DNA from: Neoechinorhynchus agilis | Lineage: Eukaryota; Animalia; Acanthocephala | Length of the DNA stretch: 64,000 nt | Assembly (NCBI GenBank): GCA_051530055.1 | Contig: CM121343.1 | Span: 3,690,389-3,754,388 of the forward strand | Direction: 5' to 3' | In this document: positions 48,451-59,501 of the stretch, one piece after another | How the letters are laid out: every line of letters starts with the position of its first letter | Position numbering within the stretch: position 1 is the first letter of the stretch | Made by a program: the position numbers and the translations under genes | The notes under the pieces: generated by a model | The model's database searches: none | Seen by the model: only the letters and a program-made list of their open reading frames with translations | Told to the model about the DNA's origin: nothing

Positions 48451-51097
48451 ACACTAAATTCTGGAAAAGGTCAACTCACAAGCAACGCTGATTTCACCTT
48501 CAATAACGGTTTATTGTAGCTTAACAAATAATTTTCAAAAGAAGCCAGTAATATCTCTAAATAAGACCCGAACTTACAAGCAAAAATCTACAAGCAATCG
48601 ACATGTCAACGATTTCACCACCGTCCCCTCGCTTCACTCGGGGCTTAACTATCTCAGCAAACCACCATTCGCCGCACGTCGCACCGCCCAAGCCCGACGC
48701 TGCTGACGCAGGCCACCTCAACGTGCCACCTGTTAATCACGCGGATCACGAGAGGACCGGCGCTGCAAATTCACAAAATCAACTTTGGTCCGAACAACCT
48801 GTAGAGAGCAAGCGGCAAACGGAAATTTCAAGTACTCTGGGAGGTGAGGCCAATGCTGCCCGATATCCGAGGGTCTCAACACATAATTGCCCGGTTTGTG
48901 ACAAGCAGATCAAAATTACGAAATTGGGAGAATTTTGGAATCACTGCCCAAGGAATTCCCGATGTGTTGGTTCCGGCCTTCTGCTGGCAAGCTCTACTCC
49001 TCAGCTCAGTGAATCTCGCCAGAACATCCAAAACATCGTCCATTGCACCCCTCCGTTGCTGGAGATCGTGCGCGTTTTGCCCAGAAACATCCTGAAGCGG
49101 ATCCCAAATGGGCGCTCGATTTCAGGTAGCGAAGAGGTATTCAGCCCTGCTGAGCGACTGTCTCGAGACAAATACCGAGATATCTTGGACACGCCTTTTC
49201 GCATTCCCGAGACTGGTACTTTGTGCTATCTGACGAATCTCTTGTTACCCTCATCAAAAACCGGGTGTCTTCCTTCGACAACTCGTTTGGAGAGGTCCGA
49301 CGCAAAGCTCGCGTTTTTAGGGGAGATTTCTCAAAGCCACCGAATCCGGGCCGAGTTTGAACCCGTTCAGTGACCCAGAGAGTGCCTTCTAAATTCGCCG
49401 ATGGTGAGGCGCAGTTCGCATTCTATCGTCCACCGACGAATTCGCAAGAGATGATACGAAAACTATCCAACTTCTCAGAGAGAAACATCCTCGATCCGCT
49501 GGACATCTAGAATATTCGGAGATGATCCCCTCGTGCAACCTGATAGAATTTTCGGTTGATGTAGTTAGTAAAGCCGTTTCGTCGTTCGCAAATGGGTCAA
49601 CACATGGGCTCGACGGGCTTCCGCCTCAACACCTAAAGGACATGATGTCCTTCTCCGTAGGTGATCCGTCCTATGTTCTCCTGAACGCCTTGACTCGGCT
49701 AGTCGGCGTTTTCTCTGGAGACAACCTGTTTCCCAAAGCGATCGAATTGTTTTTTGGACTTCCCTCTGCGCTTTAGAAAAGAAGGACGGTGGGATTCGTC
49801 CCATCGCGATCGGCTCTACATTGAGACGACTAACAGTCCAGTTCAACTAGGCTGCTGCACACCTTGTGGGGCGGAAGCCATAGTCCACGCACTCCGTACA
49901 TTTGTAATTGAGAACGTCAAACCGCGTGTGATCCTGAAATTAGATTTCCGGAACGCCTTCAATTCCGTTAATCGCGACTCGCTCTTAAAAGCTATCAGAG
50001 ACCACGCACCGGAGGCTTACGGGTATTTTAGAAATTCGTACTGAGCTGCGACCCCTCCTGCATCCTTCCGAAAGAGGCGCTCAGCACGGAGACCCGTTAG
50101 GTCCCATTGGTTTCGCGCTCACAATAAACGAATTAGTGCACTTTCTTGATGCGAAATTCAATGCTTGGTACCTGGACGATGCTACGCTGGGAGGCGATCC
50201 CCAGGTAGTTCTTTGTGACCTGGAGAAAATCAAGATGGGGGCAAGCAAGTTGGGCATTGAATTGGACACAGAAAAATGCGAAATTCCATTCCGTAACATA
50301 GAAAGGAGCCCTACAAAAGACTTAATAAAGCGCGACTTTGAAAATGTTGCACCCGGGATAGAAATGGTCGATTTTGACCGGCTTAAGCTTTTGGGCAGTT
50401 GCGTCTTTGATGGGAATGTGGAACAAGAAATTAACAGCCTTCTAGAGAAATTATCGGTGCTTGGATCACACGAGGCTCTGTTCTTGATCAAGAATACCCT
50501 CTTCATCCCAAGTTCCTTTATGCTCTACGCACGGCGCCGTTTTTCAAGCACAAGGCTCAGCTTGGCAAGCGAGATGACAGATTGAAAGACTGTCTCGAGC
50601 AAGTTTTAAATGTCCAGCTGTCAGAAGAGGCATGGCGACAAGCATCCTTGCCTGTATCTTCTGGCGGGTTGGGTATCCGGAAAACAGCAGACATATCCAT
50701 GCCCGCATTTTTAGGCTCCTATGAGGGAAGCGGAGTTCAGCGCATTCTGAAATCTACTTATCGTATTGATAGGCATTTTGAAGGGGGAATCAGTGAGTGG
50801 TGTACACTGACCAACTCCGATCAAGTACTTGTGAATGACCAAAAACAATCTGTGTGGGCCTCTCGTCGCAAGAGTTCAAAGCTCTCTCTTATCAGACTCA
50901 AGCGACGACGTTGTCCGTGCCAGGTTGTTGGCAGTCTCCACTAGAGAATCAGGTGCTTGGTTGAACGCGGTCCCGCTAGCATCTGTGGGTATTCTCCTCT
51001 CCGACGAGGCAATAGGAGTCGGAGTTTCAATGAGACTTGGACTACCGATGTGTCATCCCCACCGTTGCTGCTGCTGCGATGCAAATGTGGATTCATC
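48451..51097 (+). mobile_element. 5' part (UTR, N-terminal Zn finger, reverse transcriptase) of a decayed CRE-type retrotransposon
   Basis: ATG 48603; CPVCDKQI..GEFWNHC..C.GS; GLDGLPPQHLKD; GGIRPIAIG; QLG..TPCGAEAIVH; KLDFRNAFNS; WYLDDATLGG; LPVSSGGLGIR; ends at HPHRCCCCDANVDSS. Many frameshifts and stops. Confidence 0.9.
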
Positions 51098-51370
51098 ATT
51101 AAATTTAATTATACTCGCAGCATCAATAACGTCCCAGCTCTGAGTCGGTCTCTATCCTCCTAGGAAAATCTTACTACTTCGGTTGCTGTCCTTAAGAATC
51201 GTTCACTATTCCCCTTTTGAGGCGGACGCATTTAAAACCCGCTGGTGATGAGTTCATCTCCGTGATGCAATAAAGACACGACAGAATTCTACCGTGAAAG
51301 TGGCATTCTTCGGCACTTTACGATTTTATTGCGTAAATGTTCATTTAAGAGAGTAAATTTTGATCACGAT

Positions 51371-53589
51371 ATGATAAGGACTGTATCATACACCATTGAG
51401 TTTTGCGTCCGTATGAATGAGTTGGTTGGCAGGTCAGAGCGCGTGTTTATCTCGGGTAATGTTCCTGGACTTGGATCGTGGACGATAGATAAAGCGGTGG
51501 AGATGGATCTTTATCAATTAGATGGCAGTGAGACTCGCTGGCACAAATCCGTTGTTTTAGAAGACGTATTTTCCGAATCGTGTATTAGAGATGCTCTTTC
51601 AACACATTTCGGTATCTAAAGAGTCGAGAAATCAAGTATCGGTATTTTATTGGTCAATGGTTGACCCGTGGAGCAGCACACACAAGAGGTCTTATTGTTC
51701 GTTCATGGGAAGCATTTCGTCATCCGAGGGTCTTGGAGTTAGTTCATCCGAAGGAACAGCATGCATATGAAATCGATGAATTTTTTCATGGGTCAGGAAA
51801 AGACGATAACAATCACGGAAGTAGTTGGCTCACTGGCCAATCAGAAGTGCATTTGCGGTTCCATTCAAATCCGATCAGTATAAAAAAAGTCTGTGAAGGT
51901 GGTGGCGGCAACGTTGCTTGCCGGGTAAGCGTGGAACTTGTTTCTAATTTATGCATTGATAGTTTTTATCCAATTTGGACATCACCATCGATCGTTCATA
52001 TGATTTCGATTGACTCGGACGTGGCCGACCGTAACGGTTGCACCACGTTCACGTTGAAGCCAACGAGTGCAATCGATATAGAATTTCAGTCGTTTATACC
52101 GGAAGCCATATCTTATCGTCTGGAGTTCAGTGATGCAGTTTGTACAAATAAGGTAGCTACTCCTTTGTATGATGGAGTCTTCGGCACTGCCTTGATTCCT
52201 GCTGTTATTAGCAATCCGATGGACCCAGATAACAAGCGTTGCGTATGCAAAGCTCCGATTGTGGACTTGAACGGCGATGAAGTTGGTCAAGTGGACGTTG
52301 ATGTCCTTCTCGTGAATTCGCTTAATTTGAAGGAGCATATTTAACGGTGCCATGTGACAGGGACTGTCATGTGATGCCGCTTTCATAAGCTCTGCGTTCC
52401 AGCCACGAGGTGCTGGAGAAGAGGTCGTCGAGCCATATACGTTGGACATCGTGGTTTGGGAGCCAGTAATGCATTTATTCTCCCTTCGTGCTCCACCACA
52501 ACCACCTCCACCGCCAGCGCCACAGAAACTCAATTGGGTATCGTTCAAAGACCAATCGAAAATACCATCGAGTCCTTCAAAGCAGCATTTAGAGTTGGTG
52601 TAGACATGATCGAGTTCGATGTTCAATTGACGAAAGATAAAGTTCCAATTGTCTATCACGATTTCGATATCCCCATTATATCGCAGGATGAGGAAGTTGT
52701 CAAAGTAGCCATTAAAGACCTTACATATAATCAACTATCGTCCCTCAAGATATCCGCAAATAATAGAGCTGATTGCTTTCCATCCTTGATGCAAGTACTC
52801 CGTGAACTCGATGCCTGTATGGCATTGAACGTAGAAGTTAAGTATGCAATGCAGTATCTCAACGGCGGATTCGAGATGACTGATTATTTTGAGAGAAATC
52901 AAATAATTGATTCCGTATTGAATTGTATCATGGAGTATCAAGCGTACGAAAGCCCTCAGGCTTCTGAAGTGTACGGTTCAACCTTAAGCGTCGAGTCATG
53001 TACGGATAGTACCCATTATTCAAAGCGATCTAAACCTTCAATGAAAAGGCAGATTGTTCTCTCTTCATTTGATCCGGACTGTTGCACTATGCTTCAACGG
53101 AAACAAAATTCATATCCTGTCTTGTTCCTGTCTCAAGGAAACGATACGAGCGTTTGGCCCCAATACCACGATTTTCGCACTAGGGATGCAATTAGCAGTG
53201 TCGAATTCGCAACTAGCCAACACCTCGACGGAATTGCTTTACCAGCCAGCGATATACTCAATAAACCAAGTAAAGGCTTGCTTAAGAGAATAAAGGACTC
53301 TGAATTGATTCTTTTCTGTTGGACAATTAACGCAGCTTCATCTAGCTCCGCACAAACAATCGACCGCTTACTCAAAGCCGGTGTACATGGAATCATTTGC
53401 GATGAAGTTGGAAGTCTTATGCTTGAGGATATCAATAGATTTTGCGATCATGCGAAAACCACACCGCTCTTTGTTGCTGAACAGGAAGAGGACGAAAAAC
53501 TTTGGAAGTGGCTTAACCGTTTGCGATTGAAGCAGAGACTTAAACGGTTAGAAGAAACAAGTGTTGATCTTGACGAAGATAATCATTAA
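51371..53589 (+). CDS. GPCPD1: Glycerophosphocholine phosphodiesterase GDE5 (CBM20 + GDPD), 3 exons
   Basis: CBM20 (VFISGNVPGLGSW..DKAV, IKYRYF) and GDPD (VGHRGLG, ENTIESF, IEFDVQLTKDKVPIVYHD, LNVEVKY, LSSFDPD). First intron is a 56-nt GT-AG at ~51567-51622; the second lies near 52312-52389. Confidence 0.9.
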
Positions 53590-54651
53590 GGATAATGTCG
53601 TTCGGGGTTGCTGCGCTTCTGAAGTTGGCTGACATAATATCTCTTTATTTTGAGAGCAATTTAGAATTCCATATAATGCGTTCTTCAAAGAGACTTTAAA
53701 GCGAATTGAACTTTTAATCTCTATTGTACGTAATTACGTGTCAGGTTTGATCTAATTTTCAAGTTCCTTTTAAAACTCTGAGTAAAAGAACTATTCGGAG
53801 CAAAATTGATTGCAAAAGTTATGCGCGCCGCGAATTGGGCAATGCTCTCAAATAAGAATTATTTTTGTTTAGCGCTTGCTCGTCGCATTATTTATTCGGT
53901 ACTTTATTGTTATAATCATCATCTACGGACTCTATTGTCTAATCGTCAAGCGATTTTCTGTGCGAACGATTAAATAATATTTTATGCACATTTTTAAAAG
54001 ACCAATTAAAAAAAGTATTTGTAATTAAATGAACGCTAAACATTCTCTGCTACGTGGATGCTGAGCTAATAATTCAAACATTTCTAGATTGCTACTGAAC
54101 TACAGAACACTCAGAGTTCATTTTGTGACATCGTAAAAGTTATACTGGGAAGTTTGATGATTGATCCGTGGCGTCATTCTAGAAATTTGGAAAGATTGAT
54201 CCTACAGCACACGAAACATCGTCATTTTTTAAAGAATGCCCTTCTCTTGTGGTCGCTTCCCTCACTCGAAGGCAACTTAAGAGCCGACTCCCGAGCGCCC
54301 CCGAACGGCACGAAATCATGAGTAAATTTTCAACAATTCACAGCTCATCAAAAAAAGTCGGTTTCGTTATGAGCGATTCATATGTTCGGACTAACTTACG
54401 GATAATCAAATCGCGGCTTTACGCGTCTGTCGAAAACCCCGATGTATACAAAATATCTGTCGAAAACTCTGACAGCCATAGATTGATTTTTACATTCGAT
54501 TTGTCGGTTTCCCTTATGACTAAGAACTCCATAGACGTGATCGATTAAAGTTTCGCGCCTGCATGAAGACTGGAGATGTGCAAACTTGAGAAACGAAATG
54601 GTACATTTGGTTGCATTGGATACGGATCATCATTTCTACTAGGTTATCGCT

Positions 54652-57600
54652 TTACAAATCGTTTTTATTTACAGAACCTCTCCTTACTTTAGGTTCGATA
54701 ACGGTACTTCTCTTATGCGCGGTGCCCTTGGCGTCCATATCATCATCTTCTCCCGATGAAATGGTGATGACGGTAGTCGTGCTAATTGACCGTTTGATGT
54801 CCTTACAATGATACGCACATTGTTCAGCCGAGGATTCAAGTGAGCTGATGCTGCCGTGGTCATGTGAAGATTTGGTTTTATAAGATGCCATCGATGGGTG
54901 GTCCGTGGTGTTTTCGATGCGTTTGCCTTTCTTTGTGGTCGCTTTCATTGAGTAATTATTCGATGAGGAGAGCTCACATCGAAGAGAATCCTGTTTGAAT
55001 GCTACGTTGGACATGGGAACGGCCACGGTGTTAACGTTTGCAGCTTGTACCATATCAACGGCATTATAAGGAGATGATTGGAAATCATGTTGCCGGTAAC
55101 ACTGTGCCCTCATTTGTTGATCCATGAAAACGGGTTGTATTGATTGCATTTGACCAGCGCAATTGCTGATCAAGCATTGATTCAATGAGATCTGAGGTTG
55201 TGATTGTGAGGAAAAATGATGATTGGGTCGCATTGCGGCGGCATAGATTGCATTAAGCTGATGATCTCTTGCAGTTATAAACAAGTTAACGTGATTTTCT
55301 GGTTGATGGAATTGTCCGTTTGATACGTATATGTGATTGCTGATCATTGAACTGATTGTAGGTATTAATGGAAGTGGTTGTTGTGGTGGTAGCGGCGGAA
55401 GAGGAGGAGGGTGCGGCGGCGGTGGATGTTGCGGTTGTAGTGGATAAACAGTAGATTGGTGATGCAAGTAATTTGCGTTTGTAGGTACGGAGAATGGTAA
55501 CATTACATTTGATTGTTGAGAAGTATGAAATGCCGGCCCTCCTCGGGAGATTAAATTCACATCGTTAAAATGAAATTTCGTGACATCAAATGGGTTCACG
55601 GTCGGGTTTATCAACGCTGCTGGTTGGGCGATGAAAGGTGGAAAACGAGAGCATGCAGCCGCTGCAGCAGCCGCAGCCGCAGCGGTGGCTGCCCAATACA
55701 ATGGATTGCTGACTATATTATCCTGATGTACCTCGGGAAATTGTTGCAGGTTTGGCATTGGGTGATATCCAGAGTTGTTGTATCCGATTGGTATGTTCGA
55801 TACTGGCAAATGTAGCGGCTGTGGGAAGGAGCCATAAGCAGACATCGCATCAGCATTGAAGGAGCGAGGAGATAATGGACAATTGCTATCGGCGGCACAG
55901 ACTTCCATGTCGTGGTGGCATTGCTGAAGGTAAGTTGGATGAGCAGTCAAATGGTTCATTGAAATGAACGAAAATCTAACAGCATTTGATGGTTGAACGC
56001 GCATCTTTGGGTCAATAGCCAGCATTGTTTTAATGAGGTCAACAAAATGTCCTCGATCAAGCACTTCTGCTTGGTTCATCGATTGACCGCGCGGTGAGCG
56101 AATTCCGGCACTTGTACCAGCGTTCAATATTGAGAGATTGGCGTGTGTAATGTCATCCAGACACGTTAACATGTATTTCCTGCTCTCTCTAAAAACCTTT
56201 CCCGATTCAGCTGCATATTCATCCGAACTTTTAAGTCTCCACGTCACAAACCCGGGACTTAGGACCGTATGTGTAAAGAACCGTCTTGACTTCGAGCCGC
56301 GATTCAACATATTATTAGGAAAGATACCTTGGGTTTCGCAAATGTATCTTATCTGGTCGTACTCGCAGGATCCGGGATACAGCGGCCATCCTAAAAATAG
56401 TTCGACGAGAACGCATCCTAAACTCCATACGTCAATCGATTCAGAGAATGAGTGGCCAATGAGCACTTCCGGCGCTCTGTAGTATCTCGACTGAAGATAT
56501 GAGCCTGCGATAGTTCTAATGGTCTGTGAGGCAGAACCGAAATCGATTACTTTTATCCGGTAAGGCTGTCTAGCCGGATCGACTAACATTATATTCTCCG
56601 GTTTGAGATCGGCATGGACGATTCCTATTTGCTTCAACTTAATTAAAGCAATCAGTATCTGTTTGGCGATCGGTCTAATGAATCTCAAGGACATGGGAGC
56701 GAACTTGCTCTGTTTCAAGTAATCATACAAATTCATTTCCAGTAGTTCAAATGCTAGACATGTATGATTGCGATGTTTAAATATATCGACAGCTTTAACG
56801 ATGTTGCACCGGTCAGCTTGTTCCCTTTCCAGCATGTTTAAAATAGAAACTTCAATTTGACCTTGGCGAATATAACTCGGATGGTTCTTAAGGATTTTAA
56901 TAGCCACAACATCACTAGAACCACGTCTGATACACTTAACAACCTGACCGAAAGTTCCTCGTCCAAGATATTCTAATACGTCATATTTAAACATTTCAGA
57001 TGTCAGGACTTCGCCGAGTTTTAACGAATAATCACCATTGTCCCTAGCCTTAGGAGGTTTTCTGGGCGAGTGTTGTTGCTGCTGCTCCTTAGCATGTGTC
57101 GAGCATTTTGCCGGGGCAGGCTTGTTAGTCGGTGGAGGAGGAGGAATGGATATCTTGACGGAGGAGGCTACGGTTCCTGTAGACGACGGTTCTTGAATCA
57201 TAAACGACTCTTGGCGTAATGACGGAACATTGCGACGGTGGCTGCTGGTGGTGGTGGTGCTGGTGGTGGTGCTGCTGGTGGTGGTGGTATGCTGATAATG
57301 ATGGCGGTAGTTGGAATTCCGCACTGGATTGTTTTGAAGCTTGATTCGCTTATTCTCAGCTGGCTGCTCTATTACTGGAGAAGTTGTGCTGATTACATTA
57401 TTGGCAATTTTCATCTCTCCTCGATAGTTCCTAAAACGGGATGGGGTGCGTTGGTAGCACAAGGCAGACGAGTGATCCACAATACTGCTGCTAATAATCA
57501 GTTGAATGTATCGAGACGTGCGCGTAAAAATGCGGAGTTCGTCGCTATGGCAACTTAAAACGAGCCAAGGATGTGCGAGTCCACCACGCATTGCACCCTC

Positions 57601-57678
57601 CACTGGGTGCCGATTCAATCGAAAACTTCTCAGCGATACCATTTGCGCATAGCTGACTAACTCTAGCTCGGTATCCAT
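54652..57678 (-). CDS. HIPK: Homeodomain-interacting protein kinase, intronless ORF
   Basis: YLGRGTFGQVVKC, VAIKILKNHPSYIRQGQIEVSIL, HADLKPENIMLVDP.RQPYR.KVIDFGSAS, YLQSRYYRAPE, LFLGWPLYPG..EYDQIRYI, and a C-terminal VITISS SUMO-interaction-like motif. Confidence 0.95.
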   Translation of the reverse strand: MDTELELVSYAQMVSLRSFRLNRHPVEGAMRGGLAHPWLVLSCHSDELRIFTRTSRYIQLIISSSIVDHSSALCYQRTPSRFRNYRGEMKIANNVISTTSPVIEQPAENKRIKLQNNPVRNSNYRHHYQHTTTTSSTTTSTTTTSSHRRNVPSLRQESFMIQEPSSTGTVASSVKISIPPPPPTNKPAPAKCSTHAKEQQQQHSPRKPPKARDNGDYSLKLGEVLTSEMFKYDVLEYLGRGTFGQVVKCIRRGSSDVVAIKILKNHPSYIRQGQIEVSILNMLEREQADRCNIVKAVDIFKHRNHTCLAFELLEMNLYDYLKQSKFAPMSLRFIRPIAKQILIALIKLKQIGIVHADLKPENIMLVDPARQPYRIKVIDFGSASQTIRTIAGSYLQSRYYRAPEVLIGHSFSESIDVWSLGCVLVELFLGWPLYPGSCEYDQIRYICETQGIFPNNMLNRGSKSRRFFTHTVLSPGFVTWRLKSSDEYAAESGKVFRESRKYMLTCLDDITHANLSILNAGTSAGIRSPRGQSMNQAEVLDRGHFVDLIKTMLAIDPKMRVQPSNAVRFSFISMNHLTAHPTYLQQCHHDMEVCAADSNCPLSPRSFNADAMSAYGSFPQPLHLPVSNIPIGYNNSGYHPMPNLQQFPEVHQDNIVSNPLYWAATAAAAAAAAAACSRFPPFIAQPAALINPTVNPFDVTKFHFNDVNLISRGGPAFHTSQQSNVMLPFSVPTNANYLHHQSTVYPLQPQHPPPPHPPPLPPLPPQQPLPLIPTISSMISNHIYVSNGQFHQPENHVNLFITARDHQLNAIYAAAMRPNHHFSSQSQPQISLNQCLISNCAGQMQSIQPVFMDQQMRAQCYRQHDFQSSPYNAVDMVQAANVNTVAVPMSNVAFKQDSLRCELSSSNNYSMKATTKKGKRIENTTDHPSMASYKTKSSHDHGSISSLESSAEQCAYHCKDIKRSISTTTVITISSGEDDDMDAKGTAHKRSTVIEPKVRRGSVNKNDL

Positions 57679-58581
57679 TAATTATTGCAGTACTGCTACC
57701 TCGACGTACGCTACTTTTTTCAATCGATAGTTGCACGCATTATGACGTAGTTGGCCCCCACCCGCTTCGTCGAATGGCCGTCCAAATAGGAGTCGTACCA
57801 TTGGGCCGCCCTCTTCTCACGAGATTGGCCACTGGGTTCACACTTTGGGCATAGAACGGTGCATTGTGTGTGTGTGTGCGGGCGGGCGGGCACACTGCGA
57901 AACGTCACAGGGAGGCGGACTGGGGGGACAACAAGCCAGACTTCGCCGCTAATATACAAGCACCGCACGTATGTAGACATCATGCAGATACGTATAAGAA
58001 GGGTTCGATGATGTCAGCAGATTAGGGAACAAAAGTGTTAAAGTGCCACTCTTACCTCTTTCTTGGGACTCGTCGTCGGGGCATTTTGCCTATTTTTTGA
58101 ATCCGTTGTTGTGTGTCGGCTCTCACGTTTCTCCCCAACCTTCCTATTATCTGAAAAGGTGGCCAGAATCAAAACGTCCACTCAAGGCCACAACCGCACA
58201 ACACTCACGTTCCTCAATAAAATACTTCCGGAAACACACGAAGCGAATGTGCACTATTTAATGCTTCCAAAGGATACCAAGCACAAATACTCGATATGAT
58301 TTGTTTTCAACAACGAAACAAAACGTTGTGGTCGCCCTACTAATCCCCGTTCGCGTTGCTTGGCAACGAGAGGGAAGAATTACGAACACAATCAAAAACC
58401 TGGTAAGGAACGCATGAAATTACGGTATGTATTTATTTAGTGATTTGTTAGAAGGACAATGTCGTGACCTAAGCGCTCCAAAAACACACGTTTAAGGCGG
58501 TTGTGACTCTCGTTATAGCGTAAAATTGGTGAAAGAGCTCTTTGTGAAACGCTTTCACTCCCTTTTTTCCTCAGGTAAAAT

Positions 58582-59140
58582 TTACCCATTGAATCTCGTT
58601 TTTACGTTTTCGATCTGGAAGAATTTCCAAATAATCCCTTTTGGAATAATGAGTTTCTGACCGACGTCATCGAAAACGTAGATCTCCTTTGCGTTTTATA
58701 CGTCTCGTAGACTAGTGATGTTGACTTTAGATACAAAATCTTTATTTCCAGTGATTTGTTGTAAATCAATCAGCTTCGTATTTGTCAAATTGCGGGTTAA
58801 TTGGGGTTTTTCAAAAATGAAGATCAAACGTTCATTTCAGTCCTCTTTCTGTAGAGATGTGAGTAGAACTATGAATTTAACATCCGATACGAAAAAATGA
58901 CTTGAGCGCCAACATTGCGCTTGAATACTTTCGCACAGTTAAAAATATCTCGAAAGAGGAAACCTCGTCTTATCCGGATCATTGCTTTTGAGCGAATATA
59001 TTCACCATCCCGATAGATTTCCTCGATATGATTGTTTAGAGAGTTCCAGTCTTTAACGCGAAGAAGCGATTCGTACGCCGGAATCTTGTACGACAAAGAA
59101 TCAGGCAACGAAAGGTCAATTTTACGTGTCGACTCGTCGC
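58582..59140 (-). pseudogene. Possible decayed spliced gene of unknown type
   Basis: Open frame DESTRKIDLSLPDSL..VGAQ, a 53-nt GT-AG intron (58901-58849), then KED*NERLIFIFEKPQ..SLRDV*NAKEIYVFDD..RFNG* with two in-frame stops. Confidence 0.25.
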
Positions 59141-59501
59141 CTCAATGAACTTCCTGAAATAATTTATTGTTCAAAGTAGAGGAACCATGTACCTCGGGAT
59201 CCTCTTGAACACTCCAGTCCAGATAGGTTCCTTGAACGTAATTTTTTTATTTTGGATGATGTGGGAATTCGATGGGAGACTTTATGAGGTTAGATCTTTA
59301 CTCGGTTTCATTTCAGTCCGTGATATCCGAGTTCAATGGCACTTATGTGAGTAGAGATTTCCCCCCTTCTCCGTGGTAACGTCTTCTCCCAGCTTACACA
59401 TCACGTGATAACTGCAATTTTTTATAGGTCAGATTCTGATACTATTATTTTACAATATATTTTTATTCGTTCTCAATAAAATCTTTGATTTTTTCAGATA
59501 T

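Noticed and set aside
55570-57736. Short ORFs antisense to or overlapping HIPK, PDIA3, SLK, GPCPD1, TCP1 and the CRE fragments
   Set aside because: They are shadow frames of real coding or low-complexity sequence, with no independent motifs.
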